DNA of 64,000 bases from Squalus acanthias (Eukaryota), in contig CM059432.1 in NCBI GenBank assembly GCA_030390025.1, positions 57,600,001-57,664,000 of the forward strand. The letters are read 5' to 3'. Position numbers and translations under genes: made by a program. Under the pieces are notes generated by a model. That model was given only the letters and a program-made list of their open reading frames with translations, ran no database searches and was not told where the DNA came from. Of this stretch, positions 14,011-26,660 are shown piece after piece; within the stretch, counting starts at the first letter, position 1, and each line of letters starts with the position of its first letter.

Positions 14011-16511
14011 GAAGAAGGATCCGAAGGGGCATATGTTGGAATAGGCTCTGCAATACTCCTCGAAGGAGGTACCGAAGAGTGACCTGCACATTATAATTTT
14101 ACTCCATCCCATGGGAACCAAATTTCCTATTTGCTTATGATAATCAGCGAAACAGGAGGGGTGGGGGTGATTGGGGGGGCCTGGAGGTCGGAGTCGGGAG
14201 TGAGGTTGGAGATCTCGGGACCGGGAGTGGCAGTGATTATGGCAAGTACTTACCTTTTTTCATGCTGTTTAGCGTAGTTTTCCCAGAGCAATCAGCATTG
14301 GTGCTGGCTGCCTCAGGCACAAACCAAAGTTGCAAGATGGAGCAGAAGCAGGCATTAGGCCCCTTATTTGCATATGTTAATGGCCTAACACCTGCTTCAG
14401 ATGTTGGTAAAGGACGCCTCTTGTTTGGCCTTTACTAAGATGGTGTCTGGCGCGGCCTGCACCAGAAGTGTGCGCGCGCGGATGCCATTTGGACATAAAC
14501 TAGCACCAGTAGTGCAGAATAACTGGTGCTACAGAACCGAATTACTGGCCCTAAGTCTTTGGAAAGGGTGCATGGCTCAGGTGGGTAGAGAGTGTCTGTA
14601 TCATGATGTGTACGGCATCACAGCTGCGTGAGACAGACTGGATGGACCAGTAGGTGTTTTCCTGTCTGTTTTTTCCGTATATTCATGTATAAAAATATTG
14701 GCCACAATTTCCGTAGGCATTTCCAGTGCACTCCCAGCGTACGTCTGCCAGGAGTATGGCAGAATCCCCAAGCCTTAGGCTAGGACCTGGATATATCAGA
14801 TCCCGGCATTGTTCTGAGCGTCTGAGGGGCATATTTGAGACAGAACCGCTGCTAGACCAATACATGACCGCTGCTGTTCGAGGGACCTGGGAGGGAACTT
14901 CCTTGGCCCAGGCTTGGGTTCTGCCAGGCAGCTGGTGCACTGGGAGAAATTTGCCAGCAGCATAAGTCGGCCTCACCTGGTGGTCCAGGCTTGGTTCCAG
15001 ACCTGGACTCCTGGAGAAAATCGCAAACCTCCATTCAGGGTCTGTCCCTTGTAAAGACCCTTTACAAATCCATGCTGACTCGCTTTTATCAGCTCATACT
15101 TGTCCAAGTGCTCAGTCACTCAGACTCCAGTATCAGACCAAAATTGCACCGGGGTCCGAAATACGGTGTAGAACCAGAAATTTGCATATTGTAAGCAGGC
15201 TCCCACCTGTTTTGGGCATGAGCTGTTTCCTGGCCGACACCAAAATTGTGGCAGGAATGGGGTGAAAAGTGCTGCACCATGATTTTTGGCCCACCACCTG
15301 TCTGAAAATGGGGACTAAAATTGCCGCCAAAGTCGCAGCTCATGTTGTTATGGAAAACTTCTAATGTGTGTTAAATATTTTTACTTGCAGTACTTATAAA
15401 AAGTCAAGTTCTGTTGACCTGCTTCTGTTCCCAACATCACCAGAGCTGCCAGACGGAATGAAAACTCATGGTGATTAGGATACCCATCGGCCCATAAAAT
15501 TTTACAGCACACGAGGGGACCATTTGGCTCATCATGTTTGTACTGCCTCCTTGCTAGACATTTTCAAAACGAATCCTTCTACCCTGCTCTCTCCCCATCA
15601 TGCATTTAACATAGCTCTGCAGAAACCTAGATTTTTTCCTTCTCAAAATTTAAAAATAATCGTAATTTATGAAATTGCTCAGAATCTAGATTTGCTGCTG
15701 AGAAATGCTGGTGGTAAGCAGTACAGTGATTGCTTCAGTTACTAGAAGCCTCGGTTAGGCTGTGCTGATAGCAAATAGATCATTTTATAAAGCACCAGCT
15801 TATAGCATGGTGGGGAATAAAACACATCGGCCTTAAAAATGCATGGGGCCATTTACGGTGATGTTGAACCCAGGAGGTGGCACTCCCACTCAATGAGCCA
15901 CTCCAGTGCTAACTTCACTTCTGGGGTTAGCTTATTTATATATATGATGATGTTGGCTGAGTACATCTCCCATGTAACACGGAAATGCTACCCTGGCTGC
16001 AATGCAAGTTGCAGGTACAAGCCTTTAAAGAGACTAGAATGCTGAAGATTTCAGCAATAGGAGGCAGAGGATGTTGAACAGGAGGAAGATGATGAGGAGG
16101 ACAAGGATCAGGCGGTCTTACAGGCCCTCAGGCTGTCAGGAACAAGTCCAGCTCTATTCAGAGGCAAGGCAAAAATACACTTTAAAAGTTCTTCTGTAAC
16201 TCCAGCAATCTCTCCTGAAAGTTTCTTCAGGCTACAGGTTCCAAAGTAAAGCACTTCCACCAATCTAAGCTGATGCTGGCAACAGGTATACCTAATTTAT
16301 ATCAGTTTTACTTACCACGGTGCATTGCAAGCGGAACCTCTGGGATTTCGAAGTGCTGACGCTAGCTCCCTTCATTTGCATATATTTAAAGTAGCTGCCT
16401 GCAGAATCGGCAGGTGGATTGTGGGGAGGCAAATTACATCGCTGTCATTATTGGGCAGTAAAACAGCAGAAAATGATCCCACCCTAGAATCCACTGCTGA
16501 AAATAGTGACA

Positions 16512-16680
16512 GGGCCTTGGTTTAACATCTCATCCGAAAGACAGCACCTCTGACAGTGCAGCACTCCCTCAGTAGCTCACTGGAGTGTCAGCCTAGATTC
16601 TTGTGCTCAAGTCTTGACTTGACTCCACAACCTTCTGACTCAGAGGCCAGAGTGCTACCCATCGAGCCACGGCTGACACT
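16512..16680 (-). mobile_element. Deu-core SINE 5' fragment
   Basis: Near-identical to 17205-17378. Confidence 0.8.
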
Positions 16681-16954
16681 GATATAAGTTGTTATTGTGC
16701 TGAATTAGCACCCCAGAAACACCAATAAAAATGAATAATTTAGGGGTTATCCATTTTAACACTAGCCACTGTTGGGTGGAATGTCCAAAGCAGATTCATA
16801 TGGTATCACTCTATAGTTCTTACATTGAACTTGTTTTAGGGTTCATTAAAATCCAAGTTTGAATGATAAAAGAACAAATTTATTAAGATTTAATACATAT
16901 TTGGTCAGACCACACCTTGAGTACTGTGTCCAATTCTGGCTACCAAGACACAAG

Positions 16955-17336
16955 AAAGAAAAAGACTTGCATTTATATAGCGTCTTTCATGACCACCGGA
17001 CATCTCAAAGTACTTTACAGCCAAATAAATACTTTTGGAGTGTAATCACTGTTGTAATGTAAGAAACACAGTAACTAATTTGCAAGCTCCCACAAACAGC
17101 AATGACCAGATAATCTGTTTTGTTATGTTGATTGAGGGATAACTCCCCTGCTCTTCGAAATAGTGCCATGGGATCTTTTACATCCACGTGAGAGAGCAGA
17201 CGGGGCTTCGGTTTAATGTCTCATCTGCAAGACAGCATCTCTGACAGTGCAGCACTCCCTCAGCATTGCACTAGAGTGTCAGCCTAGGTTTTAGTCCTCA
17301 AATCCCTGGAATGGGACTTGAGCCCACAACCTACTA

Positions 17337-17370
<34 letters not shown>

Positions 17371-17378
17371 GCTGACAC
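16955..17378 (-). mobile_element. Deu-core SINE (SacSINE1-like), near full length
   Basis: tRNA-like head (GTGTCAGCTGTGGCTCAGTGGG...GGCTCAAGTCCC on the minus strand), core, and tail TATATAAATGCAAGTCTTTTTCTTTC. Confidence 0.88.
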
Positions 17379-17476
17379 AAGGAAGATTTTCAAACACTGG
17401 AGGCACAACAAACTAGAGCCATGAGCTGACTCCAGTCTTAGAGGTCTCAGTTATGAGGAAAGATTGGAGAAACTAG

Positions 17477-17662
17477 AGCCCTGATTTTAGTCTAATCGGC
17501 CTGGCGGGAAAGTGCCGGGTATAAATCTGACGCCGTTTTACAGCCTGCTCGATTTCCCGCTCTATTGACTATAATGGAGCATAAAATCGGGTGGGTGTAA
17601 AACGGGCGACCGACCCGAACCCACCCCAATCCCGCTCGGCCGGTTAGGTTAAAATCAGGGCT
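17477..17662. mobile_element. Small MITE
   Basis: 13-bp perfect TIR AGCCCTGATTTTA/TAAAATCAGGGCT with an imperfect TAG/TTG TSD. It interrupts the CR1 reading frame. Confidence 0.82.
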
Positions 17663-17776
17663 TTGGGCTTTTCAACCTTGAATGAGATGTCTAAGAGGTG
17701 ATCTTGGAGAGAGGCATACAAGATTGTAAATGGTAAGGAAATGGTAAATCTGGAAAATGACTTTAAATTAAACTGT

Positions 17777-18287
17777 TCGGGGAACACTTCAGCAGTCAAG
17801 GACATTCAGCCTCGGATCTGCGGGTTAGCGTTCTCCAAGGCGGCCTTCGAGACACACGACAACACAAAATCATCGAGCAGAAACTGATAGCCAAGTTCCG
17901 CACCCATGAGGATGGCCTCAATAGGGATATCGGGTTCATGTCACGCTACAGAACGTGACTCGACATCGTTGTCTGTCTTTCCAGTTTAAAAAAAAACACC
18001 AAAAAAATAAACACAGAAAAAACCACAAAAAAAACTGCAGACAGCCGAATTTGACACGTTGGACCCCCTGTGACACATCTCATTGTCTTGGCTGTGCTCT
18101 TGGTGTGTCTTTGATAAGGACACCTTCCCTGAAAGATTGTATCTCTGCAGTTTCTGTGTTTATATACTGTGAAATATTGTAGATTCACCCATTGTAACTT
18201 TACCTGAGGAAGGGGCGACAGCTCCGAAAGCTTGTAATTTTAAATAAATCTGTTGGACTATAACCTGGTGTTGTGCGACTTCTCATT
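17777..18287 (+). mobile_element. 5'-truncated Penelope-like element (GIY-YIG C-terminus + 3' end) with 15-bp TSD
   Basis: GEHFSSQGHSASDLRVSVLQGG...IEQKLIAKFRTHEDGLNRDIGFMSRY. TTTAAATTAAACTGT is duplicated at 17762-17776 and 18288-18302. Confidence 0.9.
18200..18237 (+). ncRNA. Minimal type I hammerhead ribozyme motif (PLE-associated)
   Basis: TTAC-CTGAGGA-A-GGGGC(GACA)GCTCC-GAA-AGCT-T-GTAA: CUGANGA and GAAA cores, stem I TTAC/GTAA, 5-bp stem II, palindromic AGCT stem III. Confidence 0.8.
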
Positions 18288-20955
18288 TTTAAATTAAACT
18301 GTGAGAGTAGTCGAAGGGGCCACAGGTTTAAACTAGCAAAAGGCAAATTTAGAACTGATATCAGGAAGTTCTTCACACAAAGAGTGATCAACACGGAATG
18401 AACTCCTGCCGAGTGGTGGAGTGAAAACTTCGGAATCATTTAAGAATCAGTTGGATGCTGCAATGAGGGGACTTTAGGGTGATGAAATGGGCTGAATCAA
18501 TACTGGAGTGTTGTAATCCTATCTTTGATCCGCCCTCCCTTTGAGCTTGGGTCCCATTTGGGAGCGTAGGACTGGTGAATTTACCCATTATGCAGCTGAT
18601 ACTGATACCGATTGCTTACTGAGCTGAATACATCTGTCTGCTAAACACCCCCTCCACTCACCCTAATATAGAGTGCATTATCATCATGAAGCACGTGGCG
18701 CTGTACTTTCTTCATGGCAGTGGCGTGGGACTTCTGTCTACCCTTTCAATCCTGCCGCAACCCTGCCACATTTTCTTCAGTCAGGGATCATTTGCAATGC
18801 GCCAGCAGGGTGGCTCTTGGCAGAATCCCTGCCACCAAAAGGGTGCAAAATCTTGGCGTTGCTGCAGCAGCAGAAGTGGCAGCTGGGAAGTTAAAGGGAC
18901 ATAAAAGCCCCAAGGAGGAGAAAGGAAAATTCCTTTTTAGGCCTCAGCCGAAACCAAGGCCAAAAAGTTGGCTAATACAAGAGACCACTAATAGACCCTC
19001 TGCCTCCGTGTCAGTCCATCGGTGCCATTACTGCCACTACGCCAAGCCTATTGGCAACTTCCACCAGGCGGTCCCAGGGAACGACAATAAGAGGGGTGGA
19101 TGGGAGGGAAATGGGTTGAAAGGTCAAGCACCAACCACTTCTGGCATTTAATTATGACAGATGGGGTGGTGAGGGGTGGTCAGTGACGGCCTTGGTGGGG
19201 GATAGGGAGAGGGAAATTTAACTTGGGCGGAATGCGGCAGTAGGACTTACTGCCAAGCTCTGGTTCCCTTTCTCTCATAATCCTGCCTGAAATAGAATGG
19301 AACTGCAGAGGAAAATCTAACCCATGATTTAGTAGCTAAACTGTGAACTGGTGAAAGTTGGTAATTGATGGATAAACAAATTTCAATGTTAATTAGACTT
19401 GGGATTCAAATTCAGAGTCTCACAGAGCTAATTCTCCACAACTGAAACTAGAAGGTCATCATTAACATGATAATTTATCAAAGGAAGCTTCCATCCATAT
19501 CTTCCATGCAAGAATGACTTCATCAGGTGTATGAGACATTTTATTTATAATTCATAGAGGCTGAGTTCTTCTTAATACTCTGTCCTGCTCACATACAGCA
19601 GACACTTCAACCACTGACATTTCCTGAATAAAGATCAATTTTTAGTCTGTTTAATTTAACAGTAGATGTGAAAGTTATTTCTGGAAAATAAAATGTCACA
19701 TCCTATTTGCAAGTCAGTAAATTTACAATCATAATAAAACTTAAAGGTTCACATGATTATTCACTACCTAGCATGGAACTGTGCAGATTCTTTGATCAGT
19801 GTTGAGTTAGTTGATCTCACCCAGGTTGGCAGTAGAATGTTACAATTGGTCTCAATACTCTGGGACTAGGAGGGAAACAAATTGAAGGTTTAATTGGTAT
19901 TGTTCTGCTAATTGCAGGTATGACAGGAAACTTCCCATGGTTTATTTTAACTGTGTTTTATTTGGCTTTTCCAACGATGTATCTACGTTTTATGGATTGG
20001 ATGCAAATTTTATTAATAATCTTGTTCCATTTACTTACAGTGATAGCTAGCTGAAAATCAGACCATCAGACCATGCTTGGTACTCTTATCTCTAGGTAGA
20101 AGTTTCTCAATTGTTTATACAGCACCTGCAATCTGTATTCTCTGCGACCTATTCACCTTACCTGTCAATTAACTTTTCTTGTAATAAAGCCAGGTGATAT
20201 TGCCTGAGATCTGCCATGGCAGGCTTAACTCCCCCCATGCCAGGTGCTAGATAGACACAGCACAGCCAAAAAGTCAAGGCCTCAATCTGCCCGGTTTTGC
20301 TGCCCCTGACCATTAGCATGGCTCAGACACACTCCTGGCACAAGCTTGCTCCTGGGAAGGCAACAGCCAGAAGGTCTCAAGATTCAAAGTTTCTGCTGGA
20401 AATGTAAAAGATTTACTTACCTCGTGTGCTACTTCTGTTCTGCTTACCCCTCAGAGGTTGCGAACTGAGGAGGGTCCTAACTAAAGCCTCACCACCAACA
20501 TTTTGGGTCGTCCCTGCGTATGGCCGCCCCATGAACATGCATATCTGAAATTGAGGTGGAATGGCCGTGAATGCTCCCTCCTGCTTCATTTCTCTAGCAA
20601 GGTGTGGTTTGTGCCTATTGCAGACAACAGCTCAGGTTGGTCCACTGGGAAAAATCCCAGAAATCTCAATGCAGCATCCTGGGAGCAGAAACCTGATGCC
20701 CTCTTTTCCTCTCTGTAGCACCTTGGAACTGAGTGCTCGCCAGGTGCCATGATGAAGAAAAATGAGCCCTCTAAAATTTACACAGTATGAGAGACATCTG
20801 CCGAAAAAATGTTAAGAGCTCACATAAATTGTTAATGTAAAGAAGTGGAGTGCTCTCAGTATGCAATAGCATGAAGCATAAAGCACAAGAGTCAAAGCCA
20901 TGTGCGTCAATAGCCTTACTTGTGATGCTACATCAATACTAGTCAATGAGCCACT

Positions 20956-21284
20956 GTAATGATATAGGCTAATGGTACCTCTATACACGAACTCAGAAGT
21001 TGGATAGGAAAGAAAGAAAAACTTGCATTAATATAGCACATTTCACAACCTCAGGAAGTCCCAAACCTCTTCACAGCCAATGAAGTACTCTTGAAATGTA
21101 GTCACCGTCATTTCCTACATTACAACAGTGACTACACTTCAAAAGTACTTCACTGGCCGTGAAACGCTTTGGAATTTCCTGAGGTCATGAAAGGCGTTAT
21201 ATAAATGCAAGTCTTTCTTTCATATCGAACTCATATCCAACTTCTGAGTTAGTCTATAGATGTACCACTAGCCTATATGATTAC
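20956..21284. repeat. ~330-bp imperfect fold-back: SINE 3' tail plus flank in inverted duplication
   Basis: Outer arms GTAATGATATAGGCTAATGGTAC..AACTCAGAAGTTGGATA / TATCCAACTTCTGAGTT..GTACCACTAGCCTATATGATTAC. Inner arms are SINE tails in opposite orientations. Confidence 0.88.
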
Positions 21285-21309
21285 CTCCATTTTGAATTTA
21301 TCTGTCTGT

Positions 21310-21904
21310 GGACAGGTTTCGCACAATTCGTGAAACTCGGCAGTTAAACCGAGGCAGGGACTGCAGCATCCAGGAGGTAAGTGGCTTTATAACTACCTCC
21401 TGGATCAAAGGACCCTGCCTAACCCACCCCCCACAATCGGAGATGCCCTCACGAGGCCTCCAATAAGTCCCCCCAGGCCTCCGATCCCCACCATGAGGCC
21501 TCACCCCCCCACCCCACCAATGATGCTGAGGCTGGCCACAATCCTCCGGTGGCTGGCCCCGATCCTCTCTCTCCCTCGCCGATGCTCTGGCCGACCACCC
21601 CCTGCTGATCCCCAATTCCCTAGCCGACCACCCCCCTGCCAATCCCAATCCCCGGTGCCGACCCCCCTCCTGCGATCCCCGATGCCGAATGCCGACCCCC
21701 ACCCACCCCTCCGCCGGACCGACCCCTCACATCTGCAGGCCTACCCGCCCGCAGCCAGCCAGCCTCTCAATCTGGCTGGCTGCGGGTGGGAATCCGAGGC
21801 CGTTAAAGTCGGCAGGGCCTGCGGGAAACCCGGCCTCCCGGTTTTCGCGCCCGCCTCGGAGCCCACCCGCCCCCAACCCACCTCCCAGGAAAAAAATTCC
21901 GGCC
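21310..21904. mobile_element. GC/CpG-rich MITE-like fragment
   Basis: Ends AAAAAAATTCCGGCC, like the other GGCC-terminated Harbinger-type ends. Left TIR not identified. Confidence 0.45.
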
Positions 21905-22945
21905 AAAGAGTCACACATGCTTATCGTCAAGTTCACAGTTCAGTATCCTGTGAGCCACATCGGTCTTTCAGTATAAGCTGCCATTCAGCCCCTTTATGGT
22001 TATTTCTTTGCATCACCAAGAAGGATTGCTGCAATTTATGCTGCAGTTCAAACTGAGTCATTTTTGTTAATCAAAGCCTTTGCCAAGTGAATGTAGTGTA
22101 TCTCCCTTCCTTGAACTAAAACAAATTAATTTTCCCTACCAGATCAAAACATCTGCTGGCACCACATCCTTGGGGAAAGTGGCAGCCCAGTTGCTGCTGG
22201 AGCATCCCAGGAGGGAGAGGAAACCACAAACAAAATGATTATTGGAGCAACAGCTCTGGGTCAGGGTGGCTGGCTTTACCCATGAACCCTTGACCCAGAA
22301 GATTCTCTCACTAGCACCTTACAATTCAATGAAAGGCCAGATGCAGCGCAGAATAAGAAATGTCCATTTAGCCTATTAAACTTGATCCTTTCGCAGACCA
22401 TGTAAAATCTCCAGTGAAAATAAACGGAAGTCTGCAAGACTCTTCAAAATTTAGAACACTAAGCCCCAGAATCATTTTCTGCAACACAACATTGGTTCCG
22501 AAAACCCACGGACCTTCCAGCACACTCCTGCAGTAAATTAAGTGAGAGTGCAGCTGAAGGCCTAGGAAATCGGCCAGAACCCAGATAATCTGGGCACGAC
22601 TTCTGCTGCTACTTTCTGTGGGGAACGGAATTTCCATCTGCTCCAAACATGGTCCCCTGCATCAGAGGGGAGTTTCCTTGGCCCCAGCCTGAGATCTGCT
22701 AGGCGGATGGTATGCCATGTGAAAGGAGGTGTATTAGTCACTGCATGTTCACTGAGACGGTAGTGAGAGGGTGTTAGATGTGAGGGTCGGGGTCAGTGAT
22801 TTGTAGGGTATAATATATGTGGGTAGAACAAATGAAGGACAGAGACCTGATGAGTTGCTAGTCCATGTGCTTGCTTTATTTCGCCAGAGCGAACTGAGCA
22901 TGCTCATACCAAACCACGTGATAATACATTACATAGGGTCCTTAC

Positions 22946-23195
22946 TTTGTCACTCTTCCTTAGACCTGAGGTCTTTTTGCGGATTTGCTCAAATGGCCAA
23001 TGGACATGGAAGACTGCATTCACTCTGTTCACCATCTCCTGCCATGACATCCATGCAAGAGCTCTGTTCAGCGGTTCCCATCTGCCTCAAATATAACTAT
23101 TTTCCTGAGCACCACCCCCTCTTGAAGGGTCTCCAATCTCCCCTCCTCCCCTCAGGGAAGAGAGCAGCTCCTTTAACCGTCAGCCTCCACCAAAA
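22946..23195 (-). pseudogene. Harbinger-type Myb/SANT exon, decayed
   Basis: Minus strand reads ...WQEMVNRVNAVFHVHWPFEQIRKKTSGLRKSDK followed by a GTAAGG donor. Confidence 0.65.
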
Positions 23196-23889
23196 CGGCA
23201 TAATACCCCTTTAAATGCAGCAGCTTTTTAAGTGTTACTGTACTTCAGCTTTCCCATGAATTTCCCTTTCAGGTTATTCAGTGCTCTATGCGCACATCAA
23301 AAATGTGCAGGAACATTTTGCAAATGAATTAAACAAGCTGAACCTGCCAATCACACAACCAGCATGGGTCTGTCTGCAAGCGTTGTGAGCCTGGGCTATT
23401 TTTCTCTGGCCTGATTGTGGAATCGGCCTTAATATTTCAAAAGCGGCTTGATCAATAACCTGAACAAGATGCAGTTATATTGCCACTTGTGCGTCAGTGC
23501 AAAGTGATTTTTTGTTTATCGGTGATGCAAATGTGACAGTATAACTCCAGAATGAGTCCCGATCTGACTCTGGAATACAACAGCGAGAGACCACCTTGGA
23601 GAAGGCATCTGACATTGCTTGGGCTTGACGCTGCATGGACTACATTGTGAGGCTGGGTTTAAAAGTGCTCAATTTATAAACTGAAGCAGAGCTTTTTTTC
23701 TCCAATGTTTTGAGAAAATGGATGCTCCCTGCCTGAGCTCCCATACATTCAAAATTTATTAACCAGGAGCAGATTTCTGCCGAAGCACATGAACGCATAT
23801 AGCTCTCGTCCAGCTGCAAGACTGCAATTCTGGACAAGCAGTGTAAATCAAGTGTTGCCAGCTGCAAATCAATCTTCAACTTGGCTCAT

Positions 23890-24145
23890 CTGCTTAATTG
23901 GTGCAGATCTTTCTGAATGCTGTTTATCGCCCTTACATCTGGCACCTGCCCACATAGCATGGAATCATCTTCCAAATCATTTATGAATATTGTGAACAGT
24001 AAGGAGCTGAGACCAGACCCCTGCAGAACGCCTCTATCTATTTCCCCAAGGTGGAGTTTATTGTATTGATCACTACTTTCTGTTTCCTATTTCCAAGACA
24101 TTGTGCCATCCAGTTAGCTATTTTTCCAACAATCCAATGAACTGC
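23890..24145 (-). mobile_element. Very old CR1-group RT fragment
   Basis: Minus strand reads GVLQGSGLSSLLFTIFINDL, a decayed [19 protein letters not shown] motif. Confidence 0.6.
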
Positions 24146-24579
24146 GCAGATTAGTGAAGCATGGTGCTGCTGACTGTTTCTTATGGATCTGTAAAATGCT
24201 TGTTAAGCACTTTTCCCATCATTCCTTTCAACGGGGACACATGACCAAAACCAGAGACACTTTAATTTACTATACATAGCAACATGACTATTCAGTTTAC
24301 CTAATATAGTCATTTATAGTACTAGGTTTGTAATTTTACTGAATTTAGTGCATTGGTTGTGGTTCCTCAAGTTTTAATGTTCTTTTTATTGTGCCTGTAA
24401 TGTGAATTGTAATTTAGGCTCTAAAATTCCATGGGACTTTTTGCCCTGATGATGCGCTGCAAGCAGAGGACTTCAACCCATTTCAGCACTGGCTCTGCTG
24501 AAGAACACAGCTCATTTGCATTCCCACTGTTGTTGGTTGATCGCAACAACCAAGTAACATGGGAGTACTGTGCGGGGAT

Positions 24580-26660
24580 GGAGAAGGTTGGAAATTGCAG
24601 GTAGAGCCTTGAAATAGCTAGGAATGGATGAAGGTTTCAGCGGCAGGCTGAGGGAGCAGCAGTAGTGAACCTTGTGCAAGACTCGGTTTATTGGGAGGTA
24701 GTTCCAATAGATGGCTCATGTGAGATTTTGTGGCACTTTAAAGATGGAGGCAGAGAAGAAGTGATCAAAATTTTAATGAGGTCGACATGCAGCCACTCTT
24801 GAACGAAATACAGCAAAGAAGGGGGCCAAAGATAGATCTGGAGGTAATGGTCTGGGGGTGGGAAGAGAAGCCATTGCTGACAATGTTCTGGAATCTGATC
24901 TGAAAAGTAAGAGTGGAACCAAGTGAGGATATTCCCACTGAACTGGACAACGGAGCAGAGGTGTGGGAGGAGGATGGTGTGGTCACCCAAGGCTGTAGGA
25001 AGGTTGAGGAAGTCAACTAACAAGAGGACCAGGAAGGAAAGTTGTGGGGCGAGGGGGGCGACCAGGAAGGAAAGTTGTGGGGCAAAGGGGGGGGGGGGGG
25101 GGGGGGGGGCGGTGACCAGGAAGGAAAGTTGTGGGGCAAGGGGGGGGGGGGAACCAGGAAGGAAAGTTGTGGGGCGAGGGGGGGGGGGAACCAGGAAGGA
25201 AAGTTGTGGGGCGAGGGGGGGGGGGGGACCAGGAAGGAAAGTTGTGGGGCGAAGGGGGGGGGGGCGGTGACCAGGAAGGAAAGTTGTGGGGCGAGGGGGG
25301 GGGACCAGGAAGGAAAGTTGTGGGGCAAAGGGGGGGGGGGGGGGGGGGCGGTGACCAGGAAGGAAAGTTGTGGGGCGAGGGGGGGGGGGGGGAACCAGGA
25401 AGGAAAGTTGTGGGGCGAGGGGGGGGGGGGGGACCAGGAAGGAAAGTTGTGGGGCAAGGGGGGGGGGGGAACCAGGAAGGAAAGTTGTGGGGCGAGGGGG
25501 GGGGGGGGGAACCAGGAAGGAAAGTTGTGGGGCGAGGGGGGGGGGGGGGACCAGGAAGGAAAGTTGTGGGGCAAGGGGGGGGGGGAACCAGGAAGGAAAG
25601 TTGTGGGGCGAGGGGGGGGGGGGGACCAGGAAGGAAAGTTGTGGGGCGAGGGGGGGGGGGGGACCAGGAAGGAAAGTTGTGGGGCGAGGGGGGGGGACCA
25701 GGAAGGAAAGTTGTGGGGCGAGGGGGGGGGGGGGGGCGGTGACCAGGAAGGAAAGTTGTGGGGCGAGGGGGGGGGGGGGGACCAGGAAGGAAAGTTGTGG
25801 GGCGAGGGGGGGGGTGGGGGGGACCAGGAAGGAAAGTTGTGGGGCGAGGGGGGGGACCAGGAAGGAAAGTTGTGGGGCGAGGGGGGGTGGGGGGGACCAG
25901 GAAGGAAAGTTGTGGGGCGAAGGGGGGGGGGCGGTGACCAGGAAGGAAAGTTGTGGGGCGAGGGGGGGGGGGGGGGGACCAGGAAGGAAAGTTGTGGGGC
26001 GAGGGGGGGGGGGGGGGGGCGGTGACCAGGAAGGAAAGTTGTGGGGCGAGGGGGGGGGGGGGGGACCAGGAAGGAAAGTTGTGGGGCGAGGGGGTGGGGG
26101 GGACCAGGAAGGAAAGTTGTGGGGCGAGGGGGGCGACCAGGAAGGAAAGTTGTTGGGCGAGGGGGGGGGGGGACCAGGAAGGAAAGTTGTGGGGCGAGGG
26201 GGTGGGGGGGACCAGGAAGGAAAGTTGTGGGGCGAGGGGGGGGGGGGGGGCGGTGACCAGGAAGGAAAGTTGTGGGGCGAGGGGGGGGGGACCAGGAAGG
26301 AAAGTTGTGGGGCGAGGGGGTGGGGGGGACCAGGAAGGAAAGTTGTGGGGCGAGGGGGGGGGGGGACCAGGAAGGAAAGTTGTGGGGCAAGGGGGGAGGA
26401 GGGAGGTGGGGGAGCCAGTAGTTTAGTCAGAATGGGATCAAGGGAGAAGGAGTTGGACATGGGGTGGGGGGGCGGAGAGATAGAAGAGAAATGAGAAAAG
26501 ACACAGGTTTAGGGCGAGGGGAGGATGGGGCAGGTTTGGTTCAGTGGACAAGGGGAAGAGGTAGAGGCAGCTGAAAAGGATAGTCTCAATCTTACTAATA
26601 AAGAAGTCCATGACCTTCTTGAAAAAAAGCTCCAAAATTTCTCCTGTAACTGAGGCAATC
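24580..26660 (-). mobile_element. L2 LINE ORF2 relic containing a minisatellite expansion
   Basis: MDFFISKIETI, SFSLDPILTKLL...QLSFLVLLLVDFLN and DHTILLPHLCSVVQFSGNILTWFHSYFSD are L2-type motifs flanking the array. Confidence 0.75.
25027..26395 (+). repeat. Minisatellite, ~35 copies of ACCAGGAAGGAAAGTTGTGGGGC(G/A)A + variable poly-G
   Basis: About 35 units counted by eye. Linkers are G-runs with variants GCGGTG, GTG or GA. Confidence 0.97.

Larger units (their letters stand above)
16890..18500 (+). mobile_element. Old CR1 3' fragment hosting three nested insertions
   Basis: LVRPHLEYCVQFWLP ... EERLEKL|GLFNLE ... RGHRFKLAKGKFRTDIRKFFTQRVIN pieces are collinear once the inserts are removed. 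Confidence 0.8.

Noticed and set aside
15830..16490. Further Harbinger relic (Arg-rich stretch, TIR-like ends)
   Set aside because: Too degraded to define ends or a convincing translation.
19780..19885. Possible ancient SINE fragment
   Set aside because: Short, no second copy in the window, and the family cannot be confirmed without a database.
21298..22056. GC-rich ORFs / CpG-island promoter
   Set aside because: Low-complexity MITE-like interior with no recognisable protein.
25027..26395. CRISPR-like array (constant repeat with variable spacers)
   Set aside because: The spacers are only G homopolymers, there are no cas genes, the context is eukaryotic, and the repeat derives from L2 sequence.
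24688..26494. Long Pro-rich and Gly-rich ORFs (up to 590 aa)
   Set aside because: By-products of a stop-free tandem repeat, open in most frames on both strands.
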